DNA from: Piromyces finnis finn
Lineage: Eukaryota; Fungi; Neocallimastigomycota
Direction: 5' to 3'
Assembly: GCA_002104945.1 (NCBI GenBank)
Contig: MCFH01000024.1
Coordinates: forward strand, 310,001 to 374,000
DNA: 64,000 nt
Under the pieces are notes generated by a model. It was not told the DNA's origin. It saw only the letters and a list, made by a program, of their open reading frames with translations, and did not search any database. Position 1 is the stretch's first letter. Each line of letters opens with the position of its first letter. Below, in pieces: positions 1-13,700 of this stretch. Both the position numbers and the translations under genes were made by a program.

Positions 1-6
1 TGGGTA

Positions 7-687
7 ATGAAAGAAAATATTAAAGAAAATAAATTCTTTACCTTTGACGATAAAAATCCTATGACTATTCAAGCTATATCTAAAAATAAAAAATCAACCA
101 AAGATTCAGACTCATCATTTAAATCTTCCTCTTTAAAGAAAAAATCCACCACAAAGAAATTGAAAAAGTCATCAAATCTTTCCAAGAAATCCCAATTAAA
201 TACCAGAAATCTTAGAAGAAATAACAAGAATATTGAAAAAGATATTCCAAAGCAAAACCAACCAAAAAGTATGAATAAGGCAGCAGCAACAGCATCAAAC
301 AAAGGTATTATTTCTTCTAAAAGAAAACCATCACAAAAAATAATTGTTAAAAAGAATAGCAATTATGAAAATAATTACTATGACAATGATGTAAATGATG
401 ATGATGAAGAAATAATTGATGATAAATATGATAATGATGATGAAGTTGTTGAAGAAGAGATTGATGATGATGTCATTATTGATGATGATAATGCGGCAAA
501 TGATGAAGAATTCGATGTTGTTGAAGAAGATGATGTTGAAGAAGATGAAGAAGAAAGCAATATTGTTGATGAAGATGATGTTGCTGAAGAAGATGACGAT
601 AATGAAAATATAATAGATGAAAATGACGAAGAATATGTTGAAGATGAAGAAGAGGATAATGGTGAATATGTTGAAGATGAAGAATAA
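7..687 (+). CDS. Low-complexity protein with K/S/N-rich N-terminal part and D/E-rich acidic tail; probably the 3' end of a gene that starts before the window
   Basis: 226-aa ORF. The frame is open back to base 1 (tgg gta ATG). Codon-like composition contrasts with the AT-only flank after the TAA at 685-687. No family motif recognised. Confidence 0.6.
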   Translation: MKENIKENKFFTFDDKNPMTIQAISKNKKSTKDSDSSFKSSSLKKKSTTKKLKKSSNLSKKSQLNTRNLRRNNKNIEKDIPKQNQPKSMNKAAATASNKGIISSKRKPSQKIIVKKNSNYENNYYDNDVNDDDEEIIDDKYDNDDEVVEEEIDDDVIIDDDNAANDEEFDVVEEDDVEEDEEESNIVDEDDVAEEDDDNENIIDENDEEYVEDEEEDNGEYVEDEE

Positions 688-1314
688 TATATTTAGAATT
701 TATAAAAAATTATAATAGAAAATTAATAGAAGTTGTAGTAAAAAATTTTTATTTATAGTTAAAAAAAAAAAATATATTATTATTAATAATATTATTAATA
801 ATGCTAATAATAAATAATAAAAATAAAAAAATAATAATAATAAGCAACAATTTAATAAAGGAATAAAAAAATAAAAATAAAAATAAAATTACAGTTATAA
901 AATTTATTCTGAATAAGTATCATTTTTCATTATCAAAAATTATATATACAATTTAAAAGTAAATATATTAATTCAGTTTATTGTACATTGTTTTATAAAG
1001 TTTTCTGTTTATTTATAAATAAAATTAAATAAAAAAGGTAATAACAATAGAAGTAAAAAGAGAATAATAATAAAAATAAGAAAAGAAAAAGGAGAAAAAA
1101 AAAAAAAAAAAATACAAAATAACTAGATTTTTATTTTATTTATTATATTTTATTTATAAATTTTTTATTATTATTACATTTAAGTGTTAAATAAAAAGAA
1201 AAAATATTAAAAATTAATATTTTAAAGTTCTAAATGATTCTTCAATATGTAGTTAATTTGAATGGATAGTTTAATTTATAATATTGTAGTTAATAATTAT
1301 ATTTAAAATAAAAT

Positions 1315-2460
1315 CTAACTAAGGATTTGCATAAGTCTAACAGCGCGTTTAAATCTTAATGATTCTTCATCAATATTTTCTTCTTCCATAATTTTTTTAG
1401 CTTGTTCAAGAGTTAACTAATTCATTTATTAATAATAATAATAGTAATTATGGAAAAAATGTTCATTATTATTTGTAAAAAAAGGTTTATTTTTAAAATA
1501 CTATTATCTATTATATTTATATTCAAAATATTATCATAAAAATATAAAATGTTTTTACAAAAAATATATATATATATATAAATAATGCTTACAGTTTTTG
1601 AATTTCCTTTTAAATCTTGTAAATATTCCAATGCAATTTCAAATAACTTTTCTGAAATAGCCTTTTCTGAATATATATGTTTAAGAATCCATGTTTGACG
1701 AATTTTTGAAAATTTCCATGATTCCTTAGAATGTTTCCAAAGAGATAAGTATGAAAAAGCTTGTTTAACTTGAGTTTCTGATACTATATAAAGAAATAAC
1801 AGATTTATATACAATATATATATAATAGGTATTAAATAATTATAATAAACATTATATAGAATTAGAATTAGGAAACTACTATTTAGTAGAAATCATGATT
1901 TAAATATTTAAAATTTAAACTTTACATTTTTCTTCTTCATCTTCTTTCTTATCTTCTTCCATTTTAGAGTCATTAATTTCGTTATTGTTTTCTTCTTCTC
2001 CTTCAACCTCTTCTTCATCTACATTAGTACCTCCAGCTGATGAAACACCTTCAGTTCTAGCCTTCTTCATTTTTTCTTGTGATTCAATAATATGCTTAGC
2101 TTTTCTCTTTCTTCTTCTCTTCTTTTTTTTATTAGCTCTTTTCTTTGCTTCTTCTGGTGTTAATTTTTCTTTTTTTTCATCTTCATTATTATTATCTTCT
2201 TCTTTTTCTTTACTTTCTTCTTTTTCATTATTTTCTGTATTATTTTCATTATCCTTATTTTCTTCTTGTAATTGTTTTTCAGCTAATTTTTTTGCTCTTT
2301 TTTCCTTCTTTCTTTTCTTTCTTTCTTCTTTTGTTTCAACTTTATCTTCTACAACATTTTCAACTTCTTCCTTTTTTAATTCTTCATTCTTCTCCTTATT
2401 TTCCTTTTTACTTTTCTTCTTATCTTTCTTAATTTTTACTTTGGTTTCTTCTGAAGCCAT
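1315..2460 (-). CDS. WKF-domain nucleolar protein (C7orf50 / yeast YCR016W-like), 3 exons
   Basis: Exons 2460-1926, 1783-1593 and 1416-1315 join in frame at GT-AG sites. A K/E-rich N-terminus is followed by AFSYLSLWKHSKESWKFSKIRQTWILKHIYSEKAISEKLFEIALEYLQDLKGNSK, the WKF motif. The protein ends KRAVRLMQILS*. Confidence 0.88.
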
Positions 2461-3005
2461 TTTTTAATAATATTCTTTATTATCAAAATAAAAAAAAAAT
2501 TATATATAAAAAAAAATAAAAAATTAATTATTTTTCAGAAGATTTTATTATGTGATTGGATGAAATTAAAATATTTTTAAATTTTTAAAATGTTGAATCT
2601 TCTTATTTAATTTCAAAAATGGTTTTGAATTCAATATTAGTAAATTTTATGCCAATAAACCATATTTATTATACCACAAAAATAAAAATAAATAATAATG
2701 ATTTGAAAATCTTAAAATATATATATACCTTTCAAATATACTTTCGATGAATAAAAAAGTGATAAAAATAATTTTTTTTTAAAATATAAATGGTTTGCTT
2801 TATTTTCTTTCAATAATAACAAAAATATATAATATTTATAATGTTATATATCAAAGATAAAGATTATAAACATTCTACTCAAATATTTAAATCATCTGAC
2901 TTAAAAAATAAATAAATCCTTTATTATAAAAAGTATTATTTTGATATTTTTTCATATTCTATATTTTATAGTATCCTTAATTTGTATATTAGCTCAAAAT
3001 TATTA

Positions 3006-3049
<44 letters not shown>

Positions 3050-3330
3050 AGTAGTAGTAGTAGTAATGTTTTATTTTATTATAAATTCAAGGTTTTTTAT
3101 TATACAATTAAAATGGCTTTTATTTTATACAAATATATAAAGCTCATTTTCATCAAAATATTTGATGTCTCTTTTATAATTTAAATTATGAAAAAATCTA
3201 TTAATTTTGATTATATTTGGTATGAACAATCGGATTATACAATTTGTCACTTTATATATTATTTATAATTTTTATCTTAAGAATGTTAATATTTATATAT
3301 ATTGTTTGATTAATTTATCAATTATTCTCC

Positions 3331-3896
3331 TTATGTAGACATTTCAATATCCTCTTTTAATGAAGAAATTCTTTTAATCATAACTAATATATTATCTGTT
3401 GAATCAGTATTTTTTATTTTTTGAACATTATCAATCATATCATTTATCCTTAAATTAATTATATTGTTATTATTTATTGTTCTTTCTAACCGATCCTGTT
3501 TTTTATTACAATATATAATAGTACAAAAATAAAAAATTTAAAAATGAAAAAAATTAGATTAATTTATTTTATTTATTGTTATTATTATATATTTATTTAT
3601 TTATTAATATAAAAAAATATTTACTTTTGTCTTTATTAATTTTGGGATTTTTCTCATATTATGTTCATAAATTCTAAAAAGACCTAAAGAGGTTTCATGT
3701 AATAACTGAATAAAATATTCAGAAAAAGTATTACATGCTTTATAATAAAATTTTTGATATAAATATTGAAGAATATTATATTATTACATTTAATTGAATT
3801 ACAATAAAATAAATATATATATTCTAAATATTAATCTATTTAAACACAATTACCTTTTATTATTTTATATTTAAGTGTTGCTGGTTCTGATGACAT
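3331..3896 (-). CDS. BORCS8: BLOC-1-related complex subunit 8 (BORCS8/MEF2BNB) homolog, ~106 aa, 3 exons; absent from the ORF track
   Basis: Exons 3896-3854, 3737-3625 and 3495-3331 splice in frame: MSSEPATLKYKIIKACNTFSEYFIQLLHETSLGLFRIYEHNMRKIPKLIKTKDRLERTINNNN... This resembles the BORCS8 core as I recall it (human NEPSVALYRLQEHVRRSLPEL), and the length is similar. Confidence 0.75.
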
Positions 3897-4360
3897 CTTT
3901 CAAATAATAATTAAAAAAAAAAAATATATTTCCTTTTTCTAGTTACTTTATTATTATTATAATAATAAATTATAATTTTATATTAAATTTAAATTATTTT
4001 GTGTCATAAAAATAATCCATATAATACAAAAGAGAGTTTATTGCTTGTTATATAATTAATTATACAATAATCATTAGTCGATAAATACATTTCCATTGTA
4101 ATAATATATATCTGTTAATTACTTTAGCAAACTATGATGATTTGTTTTTAGATATATGTTATATGTTAGGACGGTTTATCACCTTTTTTTTTTTTGTTTT
4201 GTTTTTGATTGTTTTGTTGTAAAGATTTTTGATATGGTGTATTTACAAACATGTGACTGTGACAATGAAATGATAAATTAAATAAAAATTCATAAAGTAA
4301 AAATAATTTTGTTTTTAAAATAAAAAATTTTATATATAAAATAAAATAAAATAAAAAAAA

Positions 4361-6293
4361 ATGTTGAGAAGAGCAATTCATTCAGGATCTTGGTATAAAG
4401 GCACTCGTAAATAATATTTTTTATTTAATTATTATACTTTATATTTTTTAATATTTATTGAAAGGTTTTTGGTGTATGTATATATAAATATAATGATTAT
4501 TTTAATAAGCAATATAAAGTAGTAAAATAACAAAAACTGAAAATATTAAATTAAATTTTCTTTTTATTAAAACAAGAATTATTCAATTTCTTTTAAAATC
4601 AATAATAGATTTTAAATGTATAAAATTTATTTACCACAAATTTTGTTAAATTTAAATTTATTGAAAATTTATTATTTTAAAATTCCATATAATTTGTACA
4701 ATAATTCTTATATATTATTTATTTTATGTAATAAGCTTCTGCTTTATCTGAACAAATTGAAGGCTGGATGAAAAATGTTCCAAATAATTTATTAAAAGAC
4801 GATAGTAAAAAAACATCAAAAGGACTTATAGCACCGTAATAAATAAAATATTTATATATGTAAACTTTTTAAATTTTAAATCAATAAAATTGAAATAAAA
4901 AAAAAATAAAATTAAAACAGACATGCTGGTTATACCTACTGTGGACAAATTATGGCCCATTCTTATAAATATATCAATCCAGAAAATATGTATGATAATC
5001 TAAAATAAATATAATGTTTTATTCAAAGTATATAACAATAATTTTATTAATAAATTAATATTAATAAATTAGAAAAAGAGTATTTATTTTTGGTCCTTCT
5101 CATAGAGTCTATATTAAAGGTAAACTTTAAATTTCCTATATACTTTTTATTATTATTATTGTTGTTGTTGTTGTTGTTGTTGTCGTTGTTGTTGTTGTTA
5201 TAATTATTATAATTATTATTATTGTTGTTGTTGTTGTTGTTGTTATTATTATTATTATTATTATAATTATTATTATTATTATTATGCCAGTTAAATTCTA
5301 AAGATAAGTATATATATATATATATTTTACAACTAAATAAAAGGCTGTACATTACCACAATTCTCAATATATGAATGTCCTTTAGGTGATATGGAAGTGG
5401 ATACAGAAGGTAATGATTAATTGATAACTTATAAAAAATAATAATAATAATAAATTTACATTTAATATGTAATTTAATTTTTTTTTAGTTTGTAAAGAAC
5501 TTGAAAAAACAAAACTTTTTACAAAATTGTCAAAAAGCGGTGAAGAACAAGAGCATAGTATTGAAATGGAATTACCATTTATTTCATATGCTATGGGAAA
5601 GTTAGTATTAATAAATATTATAATTTTAAAAAATATATATTAAATATTTTTTTTTAATATCATTATATTTTCTATTTAAAGTCAACCATTTAAAATCATC
5701 CCAATTATTTTTGGCGTTTTTTCAGAAAAGCTTGAAGAAAAATATATTGAGATATTCAAGCCATATCTTGAACAACCTGACACTTTTTTTGTAATATCAA
5801 GTGATTTCTGTCATTGGGGTGAAAGATTTGATTATACATATTTACCACCATTAAATAACACATTGCCTGATTCAAAGAAATTAGTAATAGCTGACCGTAT
5901 TGAAATGCTTGATAAAGAAGCTATAAAAATGATTGAAACAGGCGACCCAGATGCATTTGACGACTATTTAGAGCGTACTGACAATACTATTTGTGGAAGG
6001 TATGAATAATATAATAATAATAATAAATAATAATAGTAGTAGTAGTGGTAGTAGTAGTAGTAGTAGCATTTATTTATGTATCATCAAAATAAATAAATAT
6101 AATATCAATGATTTTATAACTAAAACCAACTTTATATATATCTATTAGAACTGGAATTAAATTGTTATTATCATTATTAGATCAATCAAGTTTCAACCCA
6201 TCAATTAAATTTTTAAAATATGGTCAGTCAAATAGAGTTGTTTCTAAAAAAGATGGTTCTGTTAGTTATGCTACTGCTATTATCAATGTCTAA
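4361..6293 (+). CDS. MEMO1: MEMO1 / Mho1 family protein (non-heme dioxygenase-like fold), ~8 exons
   Basis: Spliced exons give MLRRAIHSGSWY, IAPHAGYTYCG, VFIFGPSHRVY, EHSIEMELPF, VISSDFCHWGERFDY, NTICGR and SVSYA. These are the ordered MEMO1 signature motifs. Confidence 0.95.
5147..5283. repeat. Compound (ATT)n/(GTT)n microsatellite inside a MEMO1 intron
   Basis: Alternating tta/ttg triplet runs seen directly. This explains the spurious poly-Asn ORF 5047..5367. Confidence 0.9.
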
Positions 6294-8020
6294 TTTAATA
6301 CAGGAGAATGAAAAAGGATATATCATTCTTCTTCTATATGCAATTAATATAATATATGTGTTTAAATAATTTATTATGGTTAATAAAAAATAATTTATAC
6401 AATCATTTAAAATAAGAACTTGTTATTAATAAAGTTAAAGCATTAAAATCATAAAATAACAAAGTAATTCAAACAAACTCTTTTAAATCCTCAATTTTGT
6501 TGTATCAATATTTCTTTTAAAAAATAAAGAAAAAAAAAAAGTTATGTGGCTTTCTTTTAACAAATTTATTTAATTAATTAATTATATAGAAAATATATTT
6601 AAATAACTTTGAAATTGTGGCTCATCATTCATTATTATAAACCTTAAAGAGCTTGTTTTTTAACGACAATTTGTGCCACTACTGTAACCAAAATTGATTA
6701 AAAGTAAATTAGGAAAATACTCTAGTTTCTATAAATAAATTATAAAATAAAAAGATTTATATCCTTTTTTTTTGTTTGTTTGTTTTGCAACTATTTTTAA
6801 AATGTTACAGAAGGTAAAAAAAAAAAAAATAGGTATGGCTAATATTACTCGTAACAATAATTATTTACAAATTATAGAATTAGGCAATAATGAATATTAT
6901 TAATAATTACTAATGGGATATTTTTTTTTCTTTTTGTTTTAATATTTATAATTAAATATTATATAGTATTTTTAGCCTCTTTTTATAAATTCATCCATAT
7001 TAAATAAATTGTATTATAATTTATATTAAATATGAATTTTTATATTTAAATGATTTAATTAAGTAATTTTTATATATAATAATATAATGGTATATATTAC
7101 TATATATTGTAATATATATAAATAAATTAAAAAAATTTCTTTATTTGGTTATTTTTCCAATTTTGATAATTTTAAAAGAAGTAACATTTTGAATAAAGGG
7201 TTAGAATTAACAAAATTTACTTTTTTATCATAAATTCAATATATATAATTTATATATTACAGATTCAAGCCCATTATATGGGAAATGTTTTCATTTAATA
7301 TATTTTTTTATAATTTAAATAACTTTAAAAAGCTTATTTATGACATTAAAAATATAAATAAAAGTAAAAATCATCTGTTGCCTATTTTGATAAAAAAAAA
7401 AAAAAATAGAAAAAATCCATTAGAAAAACGTTAATTTTTTTATGATTATCGTTTTCAATTGAAGTATCAAATTTAGAGTAAATAAAAAAGTTTCTTTTTT
7501 CTTTTTTTCCTTCTTTTTTTTTTTTATTCTTCAAACAAGAAAAAAGAAAGAAAGAAAGAAAAAATATTAAGAATTAATGAAATAAAATTAAATTTTTACA
7601 AAATATTAAATAGTCGACATATCTTTATTTTTTATTGAATTGGGAAAATTATAAAATATATTATTCAAATATCTTCCTATTTTTAAATTGTTAATTTGCA
7701 AAATATCAGTAGAAATATATTTTTCAACAAAACATATAAAACAGTATCTATTTTATTTCAAAGTATATATTTATTATTGCATTTGTTATTAACTATAAAA
7801 TAACCAGTAAAATATAATTTTCATTTACAACGAAGAAATTTTTGTAATTCGTAAAGGTAAATTATTTTTAATAAAATTGTTAAAATATTATTATTTAAAC
7901 TTTTTTGAATAATAAATTATTATTTATAAATATTTAAAATAAAATGTATAAAAAATATATGAAATATATATGACACCTATAAAAATTAACTAACCTATTA
8001 AAATAAATCTTCCGTATTTA

Positions 8021-8064
<44 letters not shown>

Positions 8065-8173
8065 AATTCATTTCTGTAATGCTGTCATTGAAATAAATGT
8101 TAAAAATATTTTTAAAAGACACGTTATTCATTAAAAATTATCTATAAAAAAAATCAATTAGAACTATATAAAA

Positions 8174-9806
8174 ATGGTCAGAGATATGAAAAATATAGTT
8201 GGTGTTTCAAGCACTTCTTCATTTGTAAGAATATATAACATAATTACTCCAATTTTTATTTTTTTAAAAATTTAATAGTGTTTATAATATATCAATTAAT
8301 ATAAATATATAATGTTTTTTTTACTGTTATCATCATTATTATCATTATCATTATCAGAACAACTACTTAGCTAATGGTAGTTCTTCATCAATCAAAAATT
8401 TAAATAATATAAACAAATCTAAACGTTTACAATCTAGTAGTATTCCACAACCATATTATCATCGTACTGAAAGAAATGGTATTAAACAAATTGTTAAGGA
8501 AACTCAAAATCCAAAAGCATTTAATAAGAACTTAAGTTTTAATATAGTTCCACAATCTAATCCGACAAATTTTGATAGTATCAACAATCTCTACAAAAAC
8601 ATTTGTAAAAATTACGATATAAACACAAATAATTCTGTAGCCATTGATATTCCAAATGTTTCAAATGAAATTAAATCAAATGAGCAAACAGAAAAATTAA
8701 ATTTAGTACAAGGTGAATTAGATAAAATTGATACCATTCGTAATCAAATAAATTCAATTCAAATTCAACTTCAATATTTCAATGGAGAAGGTTGTAATAC
8801 CACTCTTACTTTAAATGGAACAGATTATTACAAGTATAAAAATTTTATCAAAGAAACTAAAAGTATAATCGATCAATTACAACAACTTAACTCATTTAAT
8901 TTTGATTATAATTCAAAGCAATCAAGTTCAAATCTTGCTTCATTAAAATCAGCGCTTACTCCAAGTAATAATACAACACAAATTTACGATATTCTTTCAT
9001 CCTCATCTTTTCATTCTTTTGCCATTTTCAAGAAAACTTTTGCAAATGGTACCGTAAATCAACCATTAAAGAATTATGAAAAATTTGTTGATTTAATTAA
9101 TGAAAATTTTTATGTTCAAAAAGAAATTAATCAAAAAAATTTAAGCCTCCAAAGAACAAATCAAATGTTTTCAATGATTACTCAACGTAATTTAGATGGA
9201 ATTCAAGTTATTATTCGAGAGGGTATTGTTCAAGTAAAAGAACTTGAAAATAATTTATTACAAATGGAAAAATCTGCCATCACTACATCAGGAGAAGTTG
9301 AAGTTCAAACTGATAGTATTGAAAAGATTAATCAATCAATCACTAAAACCAACGAAATCTTGGAAAAATTAAAATCTGATTATAAGAGAGAATTAAAAGA
9401 ACATGAAAAAATCATTAATTATCATAAAAGAATAATTGATTCAATTGAAAATTCAAAACGACATGTTTCTATCTTAACAGACGTTTCCATTATATGTTTT
9501 TCTATTTGGTTATCCAATAAATTTGTTGTAAAATATCCAATTGATCTTATGGCACAATCAATTACAAAGTCAAAAATCGGACAAAAAATTATTGCTGTAA
9601 TAATGAAAATTACTCTTATTATATTAATATCTATCCAAATTAGAAAATTCTTAAAGGCAAATGATAAATATAATTTAATTCAATATTGCTTTGATTTAAT
9701 ATTAAGTTACCACAAGAAAAAGTACATAGAAGACAAAAAGAGTAACACTGCCTCATTAGAATCCATTAACGATAGTAATGAAACATTAGTTGACTCATCT
9801 GAATAA
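8174..9806 (+). CDS. Uncharacterised ~500-aa coiled-coil protein with two C-terminal hydrophobic segments, 2 exons
   Basis: Exon 8174-8224 (MVRDMKNIVGVSSTSSF|gtaag) joins 8358-9806. I translated this exon as stop-free into the listed 9165 ORF. Heptad-like region, then ILTDVSIICFSIWLS and IIAVIMKITLIILISIQI. Confidence 0.8.
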
Positions 9807-10705
9807 TAAAATCATTTTATATAAAATGATATAAAGCAAATAAAAAAAAAAATCATAAAAGTATTTGTTTTTTTTTTAATTTAGTAATAAATAATTAATA
9901 CCTAAATAGATGAATTCTACAAAACAAAATAGATATCTAGACGTAAAAGAAATAAAAATAGCAAAAATCATACTTCTAGATAATGAAAAAAAAAAAAAAC
10001 ACTATTAATAAACAAAAAGGAAATACTGATTAACAAAAAAAAAAAAAATTAAAGTATTTTAATATAAATAATATAAAAACAATTAATAATATATATATAA
10101 ACGTCATAACAACAATACAATAATTTATTTAATTAATATTATTAATAATCAATAATCATTATAGACAAATATTTTAAAAAAGAAAAACTTTAACAAACTA
10201 AAACAAAAAAAAAAAAAAATCAACAATACTAAAATAAAATATACCACATACCATTTAATTATAAGTGGAATGCTAATCTAAAAGATATGAATTTAAATAA
10301 TAATCAAAAAAAAAAAAATAGGTATTATATATATAATATATATAATAATAATAATAGTAATGATAATAATAATAAATCAAAGAAGAAGAAAAAAAAAGTT
10401 TAAAAAAAAAAAAAATAGAAATTAAAAAAAAATAATAATTAAGCAAAGAATAAACAAATTATTTTTCGAAAATTCATTTTACAAAAAAAAAAAAAAAATA
10501 AAAATTAAAAAGATTTCCTTTTTTAATTTGATATTATTTAAAAATCGTTGAAACTTAATATTCATTTAAATATTATTAATAAATATTATGTAAAAGAAAT
10601 AAAAATATTAGTTTGTTTATAATCCTAATTTAGTTTGAATACCATTTAAAAAATAATGCCTCATTTTAATCGGCAATATTAAATATTTTTTTTTATTTTA
10701 TAAAG

Positions 10706-10766
<61 letters not shown>
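10706..10766. repeat. (AAT)n microsatellite, ~20 units
   Basis: Perfect aat run seen directly. Confidence 0.9.
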
Positions 10767-10769
<3 letters not shown>

Positions 10770-13700
10770 CGTAAATCTATTATTCAATTTAAAATATATA
10801 TTTATATATATATATACGATTCTTTATATATTTTTTATTTGATATAATATTTTGTTTTGGGTAAAAAAAAAAAATACACTATTTTTATTTTAAATTTTAA
10901 AAATTAAATATATATTAATGTCAATTTATTGTTATATTATTATTTTAAGTATTTTTTTTTTTTATTTATTTATTATTTAAAAATAATAATAATACAAAAT
11001 TGTAATGATTTAGAAATAGGTATTCTTTCAATTTAATACAATGTCCTTAAAATAATATATGACTATTTTTTTTATGGTTTTGTATTACAAATCCTCTTAA
11101 AATTTACAATATCCTTTGATAATGTAGAGATAATTACTCAATGGATTATTCATAAGATGTTATATAAATGGACAACGAATGATTTACCTCTTCAGTTTTG
11201 TGTCTTTTTGATAATGCATGGTTCACCTCTTTGGTATTATGCCCTATTGAAAAACTTATGGATTACTACCTTAGTTTTTCATGTTCTTTTAATTAATAAG
11301 TAATATTATAGGTTAGATTTGTTATTATGTTAATATTTATATATTGATATTAAAAAGTTCCTCAAAAATAATAAACGAAAAATTATGTTCGATGAAGTAT
11401 ATCAACCCAAAAATAAAGTAACCACCGAATAAAATAATATTATAAGTTAAATGGTTGTAAGTTGAGGTGATTTAATTAATAATAAAGGCATTCATAACAT
11501 TTTTTTGAATGTTATAGATTAAAGATATATGATGAAATTTCATTATCATTAATTGTTAATTAATAATGATGTTTTTAAAATATTTCTCTGAATGATAATA
11601 CTATTATTATAATTATTATTATTTATTTATTTACTTATTTCCTTATTTATTTATTACTATTAGTAATAGTATTATAATAAACTATGTAACTATGTATATT
11701 ATTGCTATATAGTACAGAATAGAAAAAAAGCTTTTATAATACTTGATTTATTCATTATCTATTAATCTGTAAATTAATTTTTTGTATATAAAAATTTAAT
11801 TAAAGAAAAAGTAAATTTAAAATTACTTTCAAAACATATATATTATATTATTTTAGATTTTAAATTAAATGATAGAATTTTTGACTTACTATTATGACAT
11901 TTATAATATTAAAATGCTTAAAATGTTTAAAATATTAATACATAATATTATTTCAAATCAAAACCTCAATTTTTTTTTTTTTTCATTTAATCGTTTTGTT
12001 TACTTTGTTATTTTAAATATTATTACATAAATAAAGATAAAATATATATTATATATTATCCATATGTATAATTTAACCTATCAATATTTATCCTTTATTA
12101 TTATTATATAGAAAATATTTCTTCATAAACTGTACTAGATTTTATTGGTAATCAACTATCTTTCTTTATTTCATCATGCTTTTTTAATTGAATAATAAAT
12201 TGATATTAAAACTTTTTTTTTTTTACAATTGCGTTTTCTTTACTAACATAACATTTATCCAATATATATTTTTTTAATTCATTACATTTACATTTAATAT
12301 AACAATATACAAAAATGATATATAAGGATAATATATCAGTTTTTCTGTATTTTCTTATTTTAAATTTATGGGTGTTATTATTTTACCTGATAATTAACCA
12401 GAATCATAAAAAATTTTAACCCTTTTTTTTTTTAAAAAAAAAAAGAATTGCTTAATATTGAATAACTTATTGATAATTATTCTTTAATTGTGTCATCTAT
12501 TAATAAAATTTTAAAAAAGATGTTTTTTTCATGGTGTATTATAATAGTAGTGTAAAATAAGAATTATTTCTTTTTCACAAACTCTTTTTAATTGTCCAAA
12601 TAGTATAAAAAATATGACTATAATTTCTTTATATTTTTTTTACTTATTTTGGAAAATATTTAAAGTTTGTCATTTGATATAAAATTTGACATTTAATCAT
12701 TATATATTACATTAAATTACAATATACTTATTTTAAATTATACCATGGCAACTATAAAATATGTAAATGAATGTTACATTAAAATATATTAAATTTAATT
12801 AAAAAAAAAATAATAAAAAATATCTATAATAGGAAATTATATATTAAAATATTTTTCAGTGAAAAATTCCACCGATTTATTATTATAATATATTGTAATG
12901 TAATGTAATATATATTTTACCAAGATTTAATTCCATGATATTTTTCTTTTTTTTTTAAAAAAAAAGAGAAATATGCATCAAATAGTTTAATTATAGAAAA
13001 AATATTTATTTATAATCCAATATATATTATAACTATTATTAATTTTCTTTTCAAGAACTAACAATACTTTTAATTATATAAAAAATATATTATTGAAGTT
13101 TATTAGTTACGTATAAAAATGGAAATGAATATTGTTTCTAATATGAAATCTTTTTGACCTGCCTGCTTATAATACATTAAAAGATTGGTGTTTTCATTTT
13201 TATAATAGGAAGCCAATTAAAAAAATTTATTTTTTGTTCACTAAAATACCATATTTAATTGGCTAGACTAGAATATCAATTAACAATTAATTTTTTAACC
13301 CTTTTGCTTCTGCAAAAGTTGTAATAATTCATTTTAGTAATATTATAAAGGAAAAAAACTACCTTTTTAATTACTTGATTTATAAAAGAAACATTTATTA
13401 AGGTTATATAAAATTCCATTCTTTGTTAATAACAATTTAAAATGGATATAAAAATATATTTATATAATATTGTATTACAAGAAAACTACTTTTATAATCA
13501 CTATAATTGTAATATAAAATACATAATCTTTAGAATGTTCTTTTACAATGTATGTAGTTTATAAGAAAAAAAAACTACTTTAATTTTGTTATTTGTAATA
13601 TTACATAAAGCTATCCAATTTATAGATTTGTTGAATTCAGCATAAAAAGTAACTTTATTTAAATGTAAATGTTTTATAGATAGATAAATGCACAATAATA

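Noticed and set aside
69-613. Antisense and alternate-frame ORFs over the first gene; similar shadows at 1985-2467 and 38855-39733
   Set aside because: They are low-complexity shadows of the real coding frames.
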